Source: Entomortierella parvispora E1425 (Eukaryota > Fungi > Mortierellomycota). Taken from it: DNA of 64,000 nucleotides. The first letter of the stretch is position 1, and every line of letters starts with the position of its first letter. Below the pieces are notes generated by a model. It was not told the origin of the DNA. It saw nothing but the letters and a program-made list of their open reading frames with translations, and searched no databases. This document shows positions 23,101-35,700 of this stretch, one piece after another. Location of the stretch: contig BQFW01000012.1 in assembly GCA_020891255.1 (NCBI GenBank), positions 1,860,001-1,924,000 on the forward strand, written 5' to 3'. The translations under genes were made by a program, and so were the position numbers.

Positions 23101-23283
23101 GGAGGAAGATGTGAGATGGGGGAGATGAAGGGGATGATGAGGGGAAGAGGATGATGGTCGAATGAATGAAACGGATGAAATGCCCTCTCTCTCGGTGGGG
23201 GCAAAAAAAAAAAAAAGAAAAATAAAATAATAACATATGACTGCCATTTTTTTTCAAAAAGAAGATGTGATGGGAAATAAACG

Positions 23284-23301
23284 CACGTGACTTTCACGTG
23301 A
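23284..23301. promoter_or_regulatory. Two E-boxes (CACGTGA) 11 bp apart in the NOG2/COX6A divergent region
   Basis: gcacgtgactttcacgtgat; CACGTG is a bHLH (Cbf1/SREBP/Pho4-type) site. Function is inferred. Confidence 0.45.
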
Positions 23302-23948
23302 TGCACCTTGACTGGATAGTGAGCCCCAGAGTGAGTATATTGCTTAAGAAGGCTGGCTACTTACATGCCAGATGCCCGCACGAGGACCTAGAGGTGTTAA
23401 ACGACGCTGAGCCTTTCCGAACTTTTTGTGCACGCCGCTCCACTCGTCAACACCCTTTGGCCTGGTCCATCCGTCCAGTGCGCCGGTGCCGGCTGAAAGT
23501 GGAGAGCCACTCCTCCCACCACTTCGAACCAACCCCAGGAAGATGATTACGACCTCTTTCACGCCACAAGCGAGAAGAGTCATCGGGAATTGCATCAGGG
23601 TCTTCAAAACGAAAAAATATTCCTTGCTCCCTTGACCATGCGAGGTATACCTTTCATGCTCCTCTCGGTGGGGAGAACTGGGGACGCCGAATGACCAGTA
23701 TCTGTGGTAGGGCCAAGGGAACGGACTTGACCTTCAATGACTTTAACAATATAATGTATTTCCTCTGTGTATTGGCTGATAACCTGCTCATGTCCTATAA
23801 CGTACAGTTCTTTTATTAAAGCCCTTTTCGTTCTCCATATCAACGAGGAGCTTGCCCATTTCTCCAGCGATGAAGTTTCCCAAATACGCGAAGATATACT
23901 CCAAATGCTCAGCTTTTGTTCTAATATTTCAAATTATATCCCCAAATC

Positions 23949-23960
23949 CGGTGACGTAAT
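23949..23960 (+). promoter_or_regulatory. CRE-type element CGGTGACGTAAT about 110 bp upstream of the COX6A ATG
   Basis: Identical 12-mer in the same sense orientation as the one upstream of NDUFA1. Confidence 0.5.
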
Positions 23961-24069
23961 ATCAGCCAAAATTGTGCTGATCCTGGCGGTGATTGTACGG
24001 AAGGTCATATACACACATAGACAGACAATTCCATTCATCATCAATCCATCTCTCAACTCCATCTTCCAA

Positions 24070-24939
24070 ATGGCTTCCAGAATTGCTGCCGCCGCCAAGG
24101 GCATCCGTTTCTCTTCCTCTGTTTCCGCCGCCGCCGGCAACGCCTGGTTGGCCGAGCGCGCTGCCCTCAAGGAGCACGCTGGTCGTACGTTCTTATTACC
24201 TTCTCTTCTGATCAGGATTCACGTCGCGGATTCGAATTCGACCTCGGGACTGCATTTGGGGCGCGGCAAACAGGCATCCGAATCGCGTTCTCACTGGGAA
24301 ACACGATTCCGTAGCATGCCTTTCTCGCACAGCCGCCCGAGATGACAATTTGCAATGGGAAGCACTCAGTTTAGTTCTCAGGAACAGAGATCTCGACCGT
24401 TAGGCACGATTTTTAATTTGCAGGGGCTTGAGTGCATTCCGAAGGGGTCCGAGCAAAGATGTTTGTCGGAATCAAATGCACGTGGCGTTTCCACAGCAGA
24501 ACTAGATCAGGGATAGAAGAAACCGAAGCATGGACCATATGCCAACACAAAGCACCCAAGAACAGCTCTTGATAACATTCGGTTGTTGACCATGGTCTTT
24601 TTTCTGTCTTTTGAATGATCAATAGCCGCTGCCGAGACCTGGCGCAAGATCTCCATCTATGTCTGCATCCCCGCCGTCATTGCTGCCTCTGCCAACGCCT
24701 ACAACCTTTGGGCCAAGCACCAGGCTCACTTGGAGCACGAGCGCCACGAGGGTCACGAGGCCGTCAAGTACCCATACATGCGCCTCCGTTCCAAGGTAAA
24801 GACCTTTGTGTCTATGTTTTTCCGGTTGTTCTAATTTCGTGTTCTATCAAACTCATCTTCCTTATCCTCCGTTCTTCTTTTTTAGGCCTTCCCCTGGGGT
24901 GATGACTCCTTGTTCTTCAACCCTGCCGTTAACATGTAA
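24070..24939 (+). CDS. COX13: Cytochrome c oxidase subunit VIa (Cox13/COX6A), 3 exons
   Basis: NAWLAERAALKEHA, ETWRKISIYVCIPAVI, YPYMRLRSK|AFPWGDDSLFFNPAVN; Ala/Arg/Ser-rich mitochondrial presequence. Confidence 0.95.
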
Positions 24940-25633
24940 AGACCCGTTAGTAGCAGCATAGACGAATTAGAAACCCACCTTGCTTTACAGCACGCACTTC
25001 CATACTAGAAATATTTTACGCCCAAATGAAATCCATAGAATTTTGTTGTTCAAATTTATGTCCTCGGAAAGACTGTTGGAAGCACGCGTGTCCTTTTTCG
25101 CCTCGAGTCTGCAACCCTGAAGGACCTTTTTTTTTTCTTGGATCGTAAAATCCCGCGGAAAGATATGTGATGAGAGCACGGAGATAATTGCTTTGCTAGT
25201 TTGACATCCGATTTCTTAGCCCAATGTTGCTCTCCTCGGGCTGGAGCTCCAAACAAGCGAGGCAAAGCTTTGGGCAATGCTGTCCCAAGCTTCCATTCAT
25301 TCTTTTTGTTCTTTATCTGAATCCCCTGCTGACTCTCATTGAAAGGGGTGCTTGAATGGGGACAATGACTCTTTTACGAGAACCAATCGCCTTTACCATC
25401 AGTTTGTGCACATTGGAAAGCACAGCTTGTAACAAAAAAAAAAAAAAAAAAAAAAACCAGAGACATATAAAGGGTAGCAGTTGGACACAAGCACCAACGT
25501 GCTCTTTATTTGTTTGTTCCTTCCTCTTTCTTCCTCTACCTCTTGTCCATCACAACATCCTCTGCAATCTTCACCCGTCTGAACCTCTCGCGGAACCACT
25601 CTCCAAGAAACTTCCTACTCCTCTCCTTCCATC

Positions 25634-27860
25634 ATGACCCTTGAAAGCCTTAAGGACAAGACCCTTCGAGGCATTCACGATCTTAAGAAAGATATCGCCG
25701 AAACCTGTGCGGCTCAAGAAGCTAAAGTCCACCAACTGAAAGTTGTTGCACAGACAGGTGGACTCGGCGGATTGCTGAACACGATTTTGCACCCTTCCCC
25801 TGCTCCCGAGGGCAAGATCAAGAACGGAACATTTACCAACTGGGGAGGGAATCAATCTTTCAAGCCCACAGAGATCCTGAACCCAGAGACTCTGGAGGAT
25901 CTGGTCGATATTGTTCACAAGGCTCAAAAGACAGGCAAAAAGATCCGCTGTGCCGGATCCGGCCACACCTGGTCCTCATCCTCGGTCACGGACGGGTACT
26001 TGGTGGTGATGAACAAGATGCAGAAGGTCTTTGAGCCAGTCTTTGACAGTGAAAAGGGATGGACGGTCGAGTTGGAGACGGGTGTGTTGGTCAGTGACCT
26101 GGACAATGCCCTGAGAAGACACAACCCACCACTGGCCTTGCCTTCGAATGTTGTCTTGGACTCCGTAAGCAGAAAAAAACACAACCCCCCCTTCCCCATT
26201 CGCTCTCATTCCCATGAGTCTTATGTCAATGCAAATTTGACTTTAGAAGAGGCTAGTTGGAGGACTGACTATCTTACCTTTGATGACTTGCTTTGTGCAT
26301 AGGTCCGATACGGAGGAATCTTGTCCCTTGGATGCGTAAGTTGATCCTTGTCTAAACCGTGCCATTTTTTGTTGCTGTTGGGGAACTGGTGCATGAGGGA
26401 GAAATCATACATTCATTTTTGCCAACTCCAAAGGACGGACGGACGAAAGAAACCTGAAGCCACCTGCATGTTCTCGTTGAGAGCACTCTCTCTCTTGGGT
26501 CCGCTCCAAAAAACACAAAAGAAGACACCCCAAACGGTCGGCTCCCAGTGGTCCTGGTCCGTTTTTTGCTCATAATCGACTCTTTCTTTGTGTAATCAAT
26601 TAGCATGGCGCTGGCACCTACACAAGGACGCTGCCTGATCTCGTCAGCGAGGTCAAAATTGTTGATGCCACTGGTACCTTGAACACCTTTACACCCGAGA
26701 AGAACCCAGAAGAGTTTTCTGCTGCCTGCGTGAACCTGGGTCTGCTCGGACTTATCTACACTTACACGATGCGCGTCGAACCAATGTTCAAGATGCACAT
26801 GGTAAGGAAGAACGCAGTTATTCTTTGACTAAGCCCGAAAAAAAGTTCGGTTACTTTGTTTATTAAGGCTTGAAACTCCACTGCGTCGGATTAGACGGAC
26901 ACATATCCACCTCTGAGCGACTACTTTGCCTCATCAGAGCTTTCTGGACCCAAGCTCAAGGCGATGGTCCTCGCCAACGACTCAACCGAGATCTTTTACT
27001 GGCCCTTCAACACTGCTGGTCTCGGCAGGGCCAACGATCATCTTTGGATCAAACAGTGGCAGCGCACTAAGGATCTTCCTGTGACCGTCAGTCCCTCCAA
27101 GGAGGGTTTTACAAAACTGTGGCAGGGTTACGAAACCGAATTCGGGGAACATTTGTACGAGCATATGGCCACCCATCCTAGCAGTGCCCCGTTTGTCAAC
27201 TGTCTATTGTTCCAGGCTATTGGTGGCAAGGACGCCGAAGTAGTTTTGGAGGCCCCGGATGCAATCCATTACCAGGCTGGAATCGATAACCTGCCCTGTG
27301 TAGATATGGAGATGGCACTGAAGGTCAATGAGGACTTTTCGAACGTGGTTGTGGCCTGGAACTTTGTCATTGATCAGTTGTACGAGTATGCCAAGAGAGG
27401 CGAGTTCCCTTTGAACCTGACGTTGGAGATGCGGTTCGTCAAGGCTTCCAGCTTGCTCATGTCTGCAGCTTATGACGAGGATCCAGAAGCGATCTACTGC
27501 ATGATGGAGATCCTCTCCGTCAAGAACACCAAAGGGTTTGACGAGTTTGCGAGTATGATTGCAAAGTTTTGGATGGATCAGTTCAACGCCAGGTAACAAC
27601 TCGTGAAATGACTCTTCCTTTTTTTATGAACGACTTTCCTCGTACAAAAGAACAGCCTATCTGAACTCGTGCCCCACTTTGTATCTCCAATCCATCGTAG
27701 ACCTCACTGGGCCAAGATGTGGGAGTATGTCCCTGGCATCGTTCCATACCTTCGCAAGCAGTCGGGTGATCGTTACAACCGCTTCGAGACTGTTCGAAGA
27801 AAATATGATCCCTCTGGCATGTTCATGAATGCAACTTTTGCCGGTATTCTTGGGCACTAG
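25634..27860 (+). CDS. FAD-linked oxidase of the D-arabinono-1,4-lactone / L-gulonolactone oxidase (ALO/VAO) family, multi-exon
   Basis: FTNWGGN..KP....P, CAGSGHTWS (His at the covalent-FAD position), GGILSLGC|HGAG, VNLGLLG, PLNLTLEMRFVK, RPHWAKMWE, YDPSGMFMN. Confidence 0.88.
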
Positions 27861-28699
27861 ACTTTGAGTTTTCTCTCACAAGGCGGCAAGACTGAGCTAG
27901 ACCAGACGGGCACGGCCGAAAGATACTAAGCTAGAAATACAAAGAAAAAAAAAGAGGGTCTCATCTGCATGTGTGACGAGCAAGTTGTTCTGCTGGACAA
28001 AGTTCCCCCCCTCCAGGGGGGGAAGGAGGTTTTCGGTTGCGTGGTGTGGCGATCAAGGCGAGGGCGTGAGTGACTTTGTGCCCAAACACAACTAGCGGCG
28101 CATGGAGGGGTGGGAAGATGAAAAATGGAGATGGAAGGCCAGGAAAAACCAAAGGGAAGGAGACCCGAGCGGAGAACAAAGAGGCGCAAAAAAAAAAGGA
28201 CAGGGGCTGGACACGAAGGCGACAAAGATGGACAGACCAGCTGCTGGCTCACATCTGTGGCCTGGCCGAACGTGGGAGGTCCACTTGAAATGCCTAGACC
28301 AACTCTTCTGTGCGACTGATGTGAGAAGTGGTGAAGGGGCCTGCTTTAAAGATGATAACCCTCCCCGGTTCATGCTCGCAAAAAAACACAGCGCCATTCA
28401 GACGATATCAGATGGAGAGAAAAGGAAAATGGTGACGACTGAAAGGGGCAGCCCGGGGTCGTCTGGACACTCTAAATTAAAGTCCAGCAGTGAGGGCGAG
28501 GATCTGATAGGGAAGTTTTGGCGCCATTGGACAGAGAAGCGAACCAAAACAAGACGCTGTCCACAGCGGCAAAACTAATCGCGCACCGCTCGTCTTCTCT
28601 CTGCTAGTGCCACGGACTGTGTCGGGTGAACCCTCATCTCTCTCTGTGCCCCTCCGCCTTGTTCGTTGTAGTCCGATCGGGTCCAGAGTCATCTTTTTT

Positions 28700-28736
28700 T
28701 TATCAGATTGAGGCATCAACAATGGCCATCTGATAA
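28700..28736. promoter_or_regulatory. Pair of inverted SreA/Urbs1-type iron-responsive GATA elements (ATCTGATAA) upstream of FTR1
   Basis: TTATCAGAT at 28700-28708 and ATCTGATAA at 28728-28736; near-matches at about 28405 (ATATCAGAT) and 28502 (ATCTGATAG). ATCWGATAA is the established SreA consensus. Confidence 0.7.
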
Positions 28737-28981
28737 CCTTACCCTGGGTAGCCCCTTGCCTGCTTTCTGGTTGCTTATAAAGAGAAGAGTCAAAGGCCAC
28801 TTTTCTCCTTTTCTTGTTCAATTGCTCTCCTCACGTTGTCTCCACCTCCCCCCTTTCTTCCTCCCCTCCTGATTTATTTCACTTTGGGAAGCAGTTGATC
28901 TCTGCAACGTTCATTCTTTGTTGAGATACTCAATCCACCCCCTCATACCGTCCCTCCCCGACACCCCTCGAGCAATCCACA

Positions 28982-30521
28982 ATGGCAGCTGCAGACTACT
29001 TCTCGTTGCCTATCTTCTTCATCGTCTTCCGTGAGACAACGGAGGCCTCCATTATCGTCTCGGTCCTTCTCTCGTTCTTGAGCCAGGTTCTCACAACCGA
29101 CCACGCTATCAAGAGACGTCTCCAGCGACAGGTAATGTTGCAAAACACACATTCTCGTTCCTTCACCTTATTCTCTGTTTCCTTTGCCCTGTGCAACCTG
29201 CAGACCTCAATCTTTCTACCTCTGTTCCTTTTTTTGCTGATTGATGCACAAACACTTCTCGGAACACCCTCTTCGGTAATAGGTTTGGGCAGGTGCACTT
29301 ATTGGTCTTCTCATCTCCTTGGCCATCGGTGCTGCTTTCATCGTTGTCTGGTAAGTTCAGAAGAAGAAGAAAAAAGATCAAAAGATCTATCGCCCTCTGC
29401 AGTGTTGAAGTGTAGACACATTGCCAGTGGCCACTTTCTTACCAACATTCATTGTTTGGACCTTCTCCTTCAGGAACAAGTATGGTTCCAACTTGTGGGC
29501 CAGCAATGAAAGTATTTGGGAAGGATCCTTCTCTCTCTTGGCCGTTGTCATGATCACCATTATGGGTGTTGCCATGTTGAGAACAACCCAGATCCAAGAG
29601 AAGTGGAAGGGCAAGCTCGCCAAGGCTTTTGATGACGAAGCCGAGCGCGGTTTGGGCAACAACTCGCGTCGCTACGCCTTGTTCATCCTTCCCTTCATTA
29701 CTGTCTTGCGTGAAGGTCTCGAGGCAATTGTCTTCATTGGTGGTGTAAGTTTACCTTTTTTTTAAAAAAAAAAAAAACTCGGACGGATAGGATTGGATGC
29801 TCTTGTTTCTGGCCTCTAATATATATTTTTTTCTCACGCAACAGGTCACGTTCTCTGCGGAAATCAAATCTATTCCAGCTGCTGTGGTCGCTGGTGTCTT
29901 CTGCGGCTTCCTTGTTGGATACATCATGTACCGTGGTGGAAACATGTTGCAGCTTCATCGTTTCTTCGTGGTCTCGACCTGCTTCTTGCTTATTATCGCT
30001 GCCGGTTTGGTTGCCAAGGGCATCGCCGCGTTCGAGGCCAACTACTGGGACAAGTTGATCGACGCCCAAAGTGACGATCTTGGTTACTATGATCCTAATG
30101 TCAACGTTTGGGCTTTGAACTGCTGCAACCCTAACGACAACACCAGCGGTGGTTGGCAATTGATGAACGCCATTCTGGTAAGCTGTCCTATCGTTTTTCT
30201 TCCTTTGAAAGTGCTATCTCACACGTTCTCTTTGTTTACGCGATCGCTGACTATGGTTCCTATCTCTGTATCTACTTTCATTAGGGTTGGAGCAACGTTG
30301 CTGACATTGGTACCATTGTCGGCTACATCCTCTACTGGCTGTTTATTATCGCTTGGTTGGTATTCATGAAGCTCAGACGCCGCCATCGCGCTAACGCCGA
30401 TGCCGCCGCCAAGTCTCTCGAGACCCCCGAGGAGTTGTCCTATGATGAAAAGGAGAAGGAGGTTACTGAGCACCACCATCAGGACCAGAGCGAAGATATT
30501 GAGCCTGCTCAGCTCCAATAA
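28982..30521 (+). CDS. FTR1: High-affinity iron permease FTR1, multi-exon
   Basis: Two RExxE motifs (FRETTEASII and LREGLEAIVF), IWEGSFSLLAV, LLIIAAGLVAKGI, NAILGWSN and the TM pattern. Confidence 0.95.
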
Positions 30522-32795
30522 GAATTTCGCCTTCTCCCCTTCATTTCTCACATCCCCACACATCATTTTCTGTAATATAACTCCTCTAATCGCATCTTTT
30601 TCTACATAATGGCCAGAACCCCTTCCTGGCTTCAGTAGTGTCCCCATCTATAGTAAAGTTGGTCTGGTGACTGGCTGGTGTATGTAGAATACTCCACTGG
30701 CAAGCCACCAGACTACAAAAAAAAAAAAAAAAAAAAAAAAAGATATAACATGTTTATGATATCAAGAACTGAGAAGCAGGTGATAGTGGCGGCAGTCAAG
30801 TGCAAAAAAAAAGTGAGCAGAGTTAAGTGAATAAAGGAAGTCTGAACGAGGGAAATCTTCACGAAGGAAGAGGTTGGAAACAGGAGAGGAAGGGGAAGAG
30901 AGACAGGAGAGGAAGGAGAATAGGGACAGGGGATAGGCTCAAGTTGCGGGCCGCTGTGTGGTCTGTGTGCCATTGCAGCCTTCAGAAACGGGTTGGGAAA
31001 GAAGAAGGGGCTATATCTTTTTCGTGTCAGACCCGGGAGAGGGATCGAGAATCGACTTATTCTTTCAGGACAAGTGACCAGCGGTCCCGCCAATCAACGA
31101 TGGGAAGCAGAAACTGGCGTTTGCCACCAAAAGGGAAGACGTGGCTCATTCGACCGGAGAAAACCCCTCTTTGCCGGGAAGGGCCAGTCCCCATGATTAC
31201 AAATACATCAAAAGCACACTCTTAAAGCTGTAGAACGAGAACGAAAAGGAGGCGGGATCCACAGAAAGCGACCCTGGAGCGACCTTCATTCGTTGTTACT
31301 CCTTGTGCGTATTGAAAATCCCCCGGATGAAGTTTAGCCAGAGAGCTAATGCATTTGTTTACTCTTGCTAAACGTGTTGGCTTTGGGGGTTGGTTGGCCC
31401 TCCCCTATCCCTGCAAAGAAACAGGATTTCACTGAAGGTGGATTTTTCTTGATACCAACCCACACTTGGATGGGAGGATAAAGAAAGAAAAAAATGATAC
31501 AGTACTCTAGGGTTCAAACAAAAGCACAGGAAGAAACCGCATGTTGTGCTGGAGGCACAAAGGTACCCGCTCAACAATGTTTTCTTTGCACCTGTCATAC
31601 CTCTGGCTCCTCGTTCTGTTGTCATTGTGTTTGTAGTCTGCACGGAAGTAACTCGGTCCGAGCTATTCCTGCAAAGCAACATCATTGCTGCTCGCTTGTC
31701 CTTAGCGATCAAACAGCCACAAATCCTCCAACAGATCAGAAAGCGTAAGACTCTCAGGAGGCAGTTGCCCTGTTTGTGGGGGGATAGAGAGGGATGCAGG
31801 TGCAGAGCCATCAAAGGCGCATGGAAAAGAGGGAGTCAACCTTGTTCGCAGGCAACCGAAATCCGGTTGGTTGCAGCTCACGTTCTCCGCTGTTCGCGCG
31901 GGCCATGATTGTGGCGGAGAAAGAAGGGGAAGGGGGACTTTTTGAGCAAAGATGGAATAAGCGTGATTGTCACATACCTCAGTTTGGATAGTTGCTGGTG
32001 CGTCAAACAGGAAAGGACGGTATGAACAGACACATGTTGGTAAAGAAGAGGTCTTTTGAATCATATTGCTGACTGGCTGCGTACGGCTTTACAAGGACCC
32101 GAACTGTCAAATGAAAAGGGCGTTTCGTCTCCTTGTGGTCTTGTTTCCACCATGACAGAATACCATTCTCCCATTCAATACGGCACAACTTCCGTTCCCC
32201 TTTGGTCATTGTCCACCTTTCAGTTGTTGACGGGAGGCAACAGATAGTGTTCAAACGACCATGTCCACTTGCACTGGAGCAGAGCCACGGCAAGATCGGC
32301 AATTCCATTGTCCTTCCCTCCCCTTTCGACCTGTTGACACCACTCTGTTTGAAAGCGAAGCCATCGTGTCAAGGAAGCCAAAGGAATTCGAAGACGACCC
32401 TTTCCCCCCATTTCCGCGATCGAGCATCGACCAGTACCAAGAACTTGTTTGTGTTGTTGATGGTCATTGCTCGCCTGCCCAATCTGCGATTGATCCTATA
32501 TAATGTTCTCAATGTCGACTTCTTTCCTTCGTCCTTCTCTTCTCGTCCTGTTTCGTTTTGCTGCTCCCCTCTCTTCTTCCCTCTCCTTCCCTTCCTCCTC
32601 CTTATTCCCGCGCTTCTTCTCTTCTTAACCCCTCACCTTTTGCACCTCCCTCTTAAAACCTCCACAACACAACACAACACAACACAGCACAACACATCCC
32701 CCCCCCCCCCCCCAAAAAAAAAGGAATTAGAAGGGCGATCGAGTTTCTTCAGTCCTCCTTTTGTTACCGTTCTCTTCACCCACCCTGGAGAAACC

Positions 32796-35700
32796 ATGTC
32801 CAACCCCAGTGACTCCACATTGGGAGAAGGCGCAGGGGCCGCACAGCCTTCTCCGACTACCCTGCGCTACGCCACTCCCCCAAATCCATCCTCCCCCACA
32901 AATTCTTCTGCACGCGCCGCGTCCTCTTCGAAACAAGAGCAGGTCGCTATCCCTCTGGAGGATCTCAACCAAGAAAAGCTCAAAAATGAAGATGACGAGG
33001 CTACCGAGGATGATGAGGCAAACGACAGTTCTCAGCACGGTACCTATGAAGATGCTGTCAGCGGTCGTTGGGGCGAAGGTCCTTCCCACGTCAACATTCC
33101 TATGGCCGAGAAATCGTTCAAGAAATTGGAGCGAAAACTCACCAAGCGTTCTTCCCTTTATCGCATCGCCACCGGTGACAAGGATCCTGAGGATTTCGGA
33201 GGTGATTTCGATCTGACTGCCTACCTCGAGGATGTGATGCCTCAGGCTGCCCAGGCTGGTATCAAGCGCCGTAACCTCGGTGTGGTCTGGGAAGATCTCG
33301 AGGTTCTGGGTGAAGGTGTTGGTGCGCAGTACATTGTCACATTCGGTGATCCCATCTTGGCCATTGTCAATTTGTTCAATCCAGTCTTTTGGGCAAAGAA
33401 GATCTTCTCAAGAGGTCCCAAGGCCCCCAAGACGATTACACGAACGATTATCCATCCCATGAGCGGATACTGCCGCGATGGAGAGATGATCCTGGTTCTT
33501 GGTCGCCCCGGCGCTGGTTGCTCCACCTTGTTGCGTGTGCTTGCGAACGATCGCAAGAACTACAAACAGGTCACTGGTAAAGTGACCTTTGGTCCCTTCA
33601 CGGCCGAAGAGATCACCAAGCACCACCGAGGTGAAGTTCTGTACAACCAAGAAGGTAGGATGTCTCTCACTCAATGCCATTGACGGTTAACATTGTTGAT
33701 TTGTTGATTTTTTTGTTTGTTTGGCAATGACCCGATGCATCTAACACGGTTTAGCTTCTGACTAAACAACAAAACAGATGACTTCCATTACCCTACATTG
33801 ACCGTCCGTCAGACTTTGGAGACGGCCCTCAAGACCAAGACCCCCGGTAAGCGTCTCCAACGACATCGCAGCGAATTCGTTCAAGAGTTCCTCGATGTCT
33901 TGACAAAGATGTACGGACTCACGCGCCAGATCGAGACCCAGGTCGGTAACGCGTTCATCCGTGGTATCTCTGGTGGTGAACGCAAGCGTCTTTCCATTTC
34001 GGAACAGATGGCTATCCGATCCAGTGTTAACATGTGGGACGGCTCCACCCGTGGTCTTGACGCGTCCTCCGCTTTGGACTATGTCAAGTCTGTTCGTGTC
34101 CAAACCAACTTGCTCAAGAAGGCTTCTGTTGTGACACTATACCAGGCGGTAAGCTACCAACACATCGTCATGGCATTGTTCGATACTGTTCACTATCGAT
34201 GATCTAACATGAATCTCTCTCTGTTCTCTTCAGTCTGAAAACATCTACGATCTCTTTGACAGGACTCTGGTGTTGTACGAAGGCCGATGCATTTTCATGG
34301 GACCTGCTGACAAGGCCAAACAGTACTTTATCGACATGGGATTCCAGTGCCCATCTCGTCAGACTACAGCCGATTTCTTGACAGCCATTACGGATCCTTA
34401 TGAGCGCAAGCTTCGCGCTGGATTCGAAGGCCGCGTCCCTCGTACTCCCAAGGAGTTTGAGGAGGCTTTCAAGTCTTCAGCATTCTATGCCCAAGAGGAG
34501 GAACAGCGACTCGCTTATCAAGCCTCAGTTCAACAGTCGAACCCTGCTGAAGAGTTCAAGGATGCCACCAAGCAGACCAAGCAAAAGCACGTCTCGATGA
34601 AGGATCCTTACACGATCAACTTTATTGGACAGGTGAAAGCTTTGACTGTCCGCCAGGTTCAACTGACGCGTGGTGACATGACTTCCATCGTCTCTCGCTA
34701 TGGATCCAACGTAAGTGGTTTCTTTATCAAGACGATGCCCAGCTGAACATAAGTCGCTGTCTTCTAACCCATGCTTTTGTTTATCTTGCGTTATAATAGG
34801 TCCTTAAATCCATCATTGTCGGTAGCGTGTTCTTGCTCTTGCCCCTGAACGCCAGCGGCACTTTCACTCGTGGAGCTGTTCTTTTCTTCTCTTTGCTCTT
34901 CAACGCTCTAATTTCACAGGCCGAGCTCCCAATGGCTTTGCAGGGTCGCCCGATCTTGTACAAGCACAAGGGCTTTGCCATGTATCGCCCTGCTGCCTTT
35001 GCGATCTCTCAGATCTGTGTTGATATCCCTATGGTCATTGTCCAGATCTTGCTGTTCTCGGTGTGCCTGTACTTTATGGCAGGTCTACAACGTACATTTG
35101 CCAAATGGATCACTTTCTGTCTCATTCTCATCGTAACCTCGTTGTGCATGACAGCCTTCTTCAGAATGGTAAGTTGATGACCGCGAGAAGCTTGTACAGG
35201 CCACATCATTCATGAGCAGATCACTCAACCCCACCTTTTCTTTTCATTTTTTTTTTTTTTTTTTAATTAGTGGGGTGCGCTCTCGTCCACTTTCGATGCC
35301 GCCTCTCGAAACTCGGGTCTGATTTTGCTGGCCCTGATCTTGTACTCCGGCTTCATGATTCCGTACCAGTCGATGCACCCCTGGTTCATCTGGATCTTTT
35401 GGATCAATCCGCTGGCGTACGCGTTCAAAGCTCTGATATCGAACGAAATGAAGGGCCTCGAGTTTGATTGTGCCGGTGCGACCATGATTCCGTATGGTCC
35501 GACTTACACCAATGTTGAGAACCAGATCTGCTCTTTGGCAGGATCTGAGGCTGGCAGCTTCTATGTTGATGGCTCTGACTACCTCTATGGTGGTTACCGC
35601 TACAAAACTTCTCAGATGTGGCTCGATTTCCTCGCTGTGGTCCTGTTCTGGATCTTATTTGTCTGTGTCAACTGCTACGCGCTCGAGAAGATTGAGTTTG

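Noticed and set aside
23730-23930. Minus-strand exon-like stretch (TKAEHLEYIFAYLGNFIAGEMGKLL...) with a GTACGT donor
   Set aside because: No start exon or plausible continuation; the implied next intron is about 41 nt; it lies in the COX6A promoter.
32133-32795. 220-aa in-frame extension upstream of the ABC transporter Met at 32796
   Set aside because: Reads through CT-rich leader sequence, microsatellites and homopolymers; most likely promoter/5' UTR.
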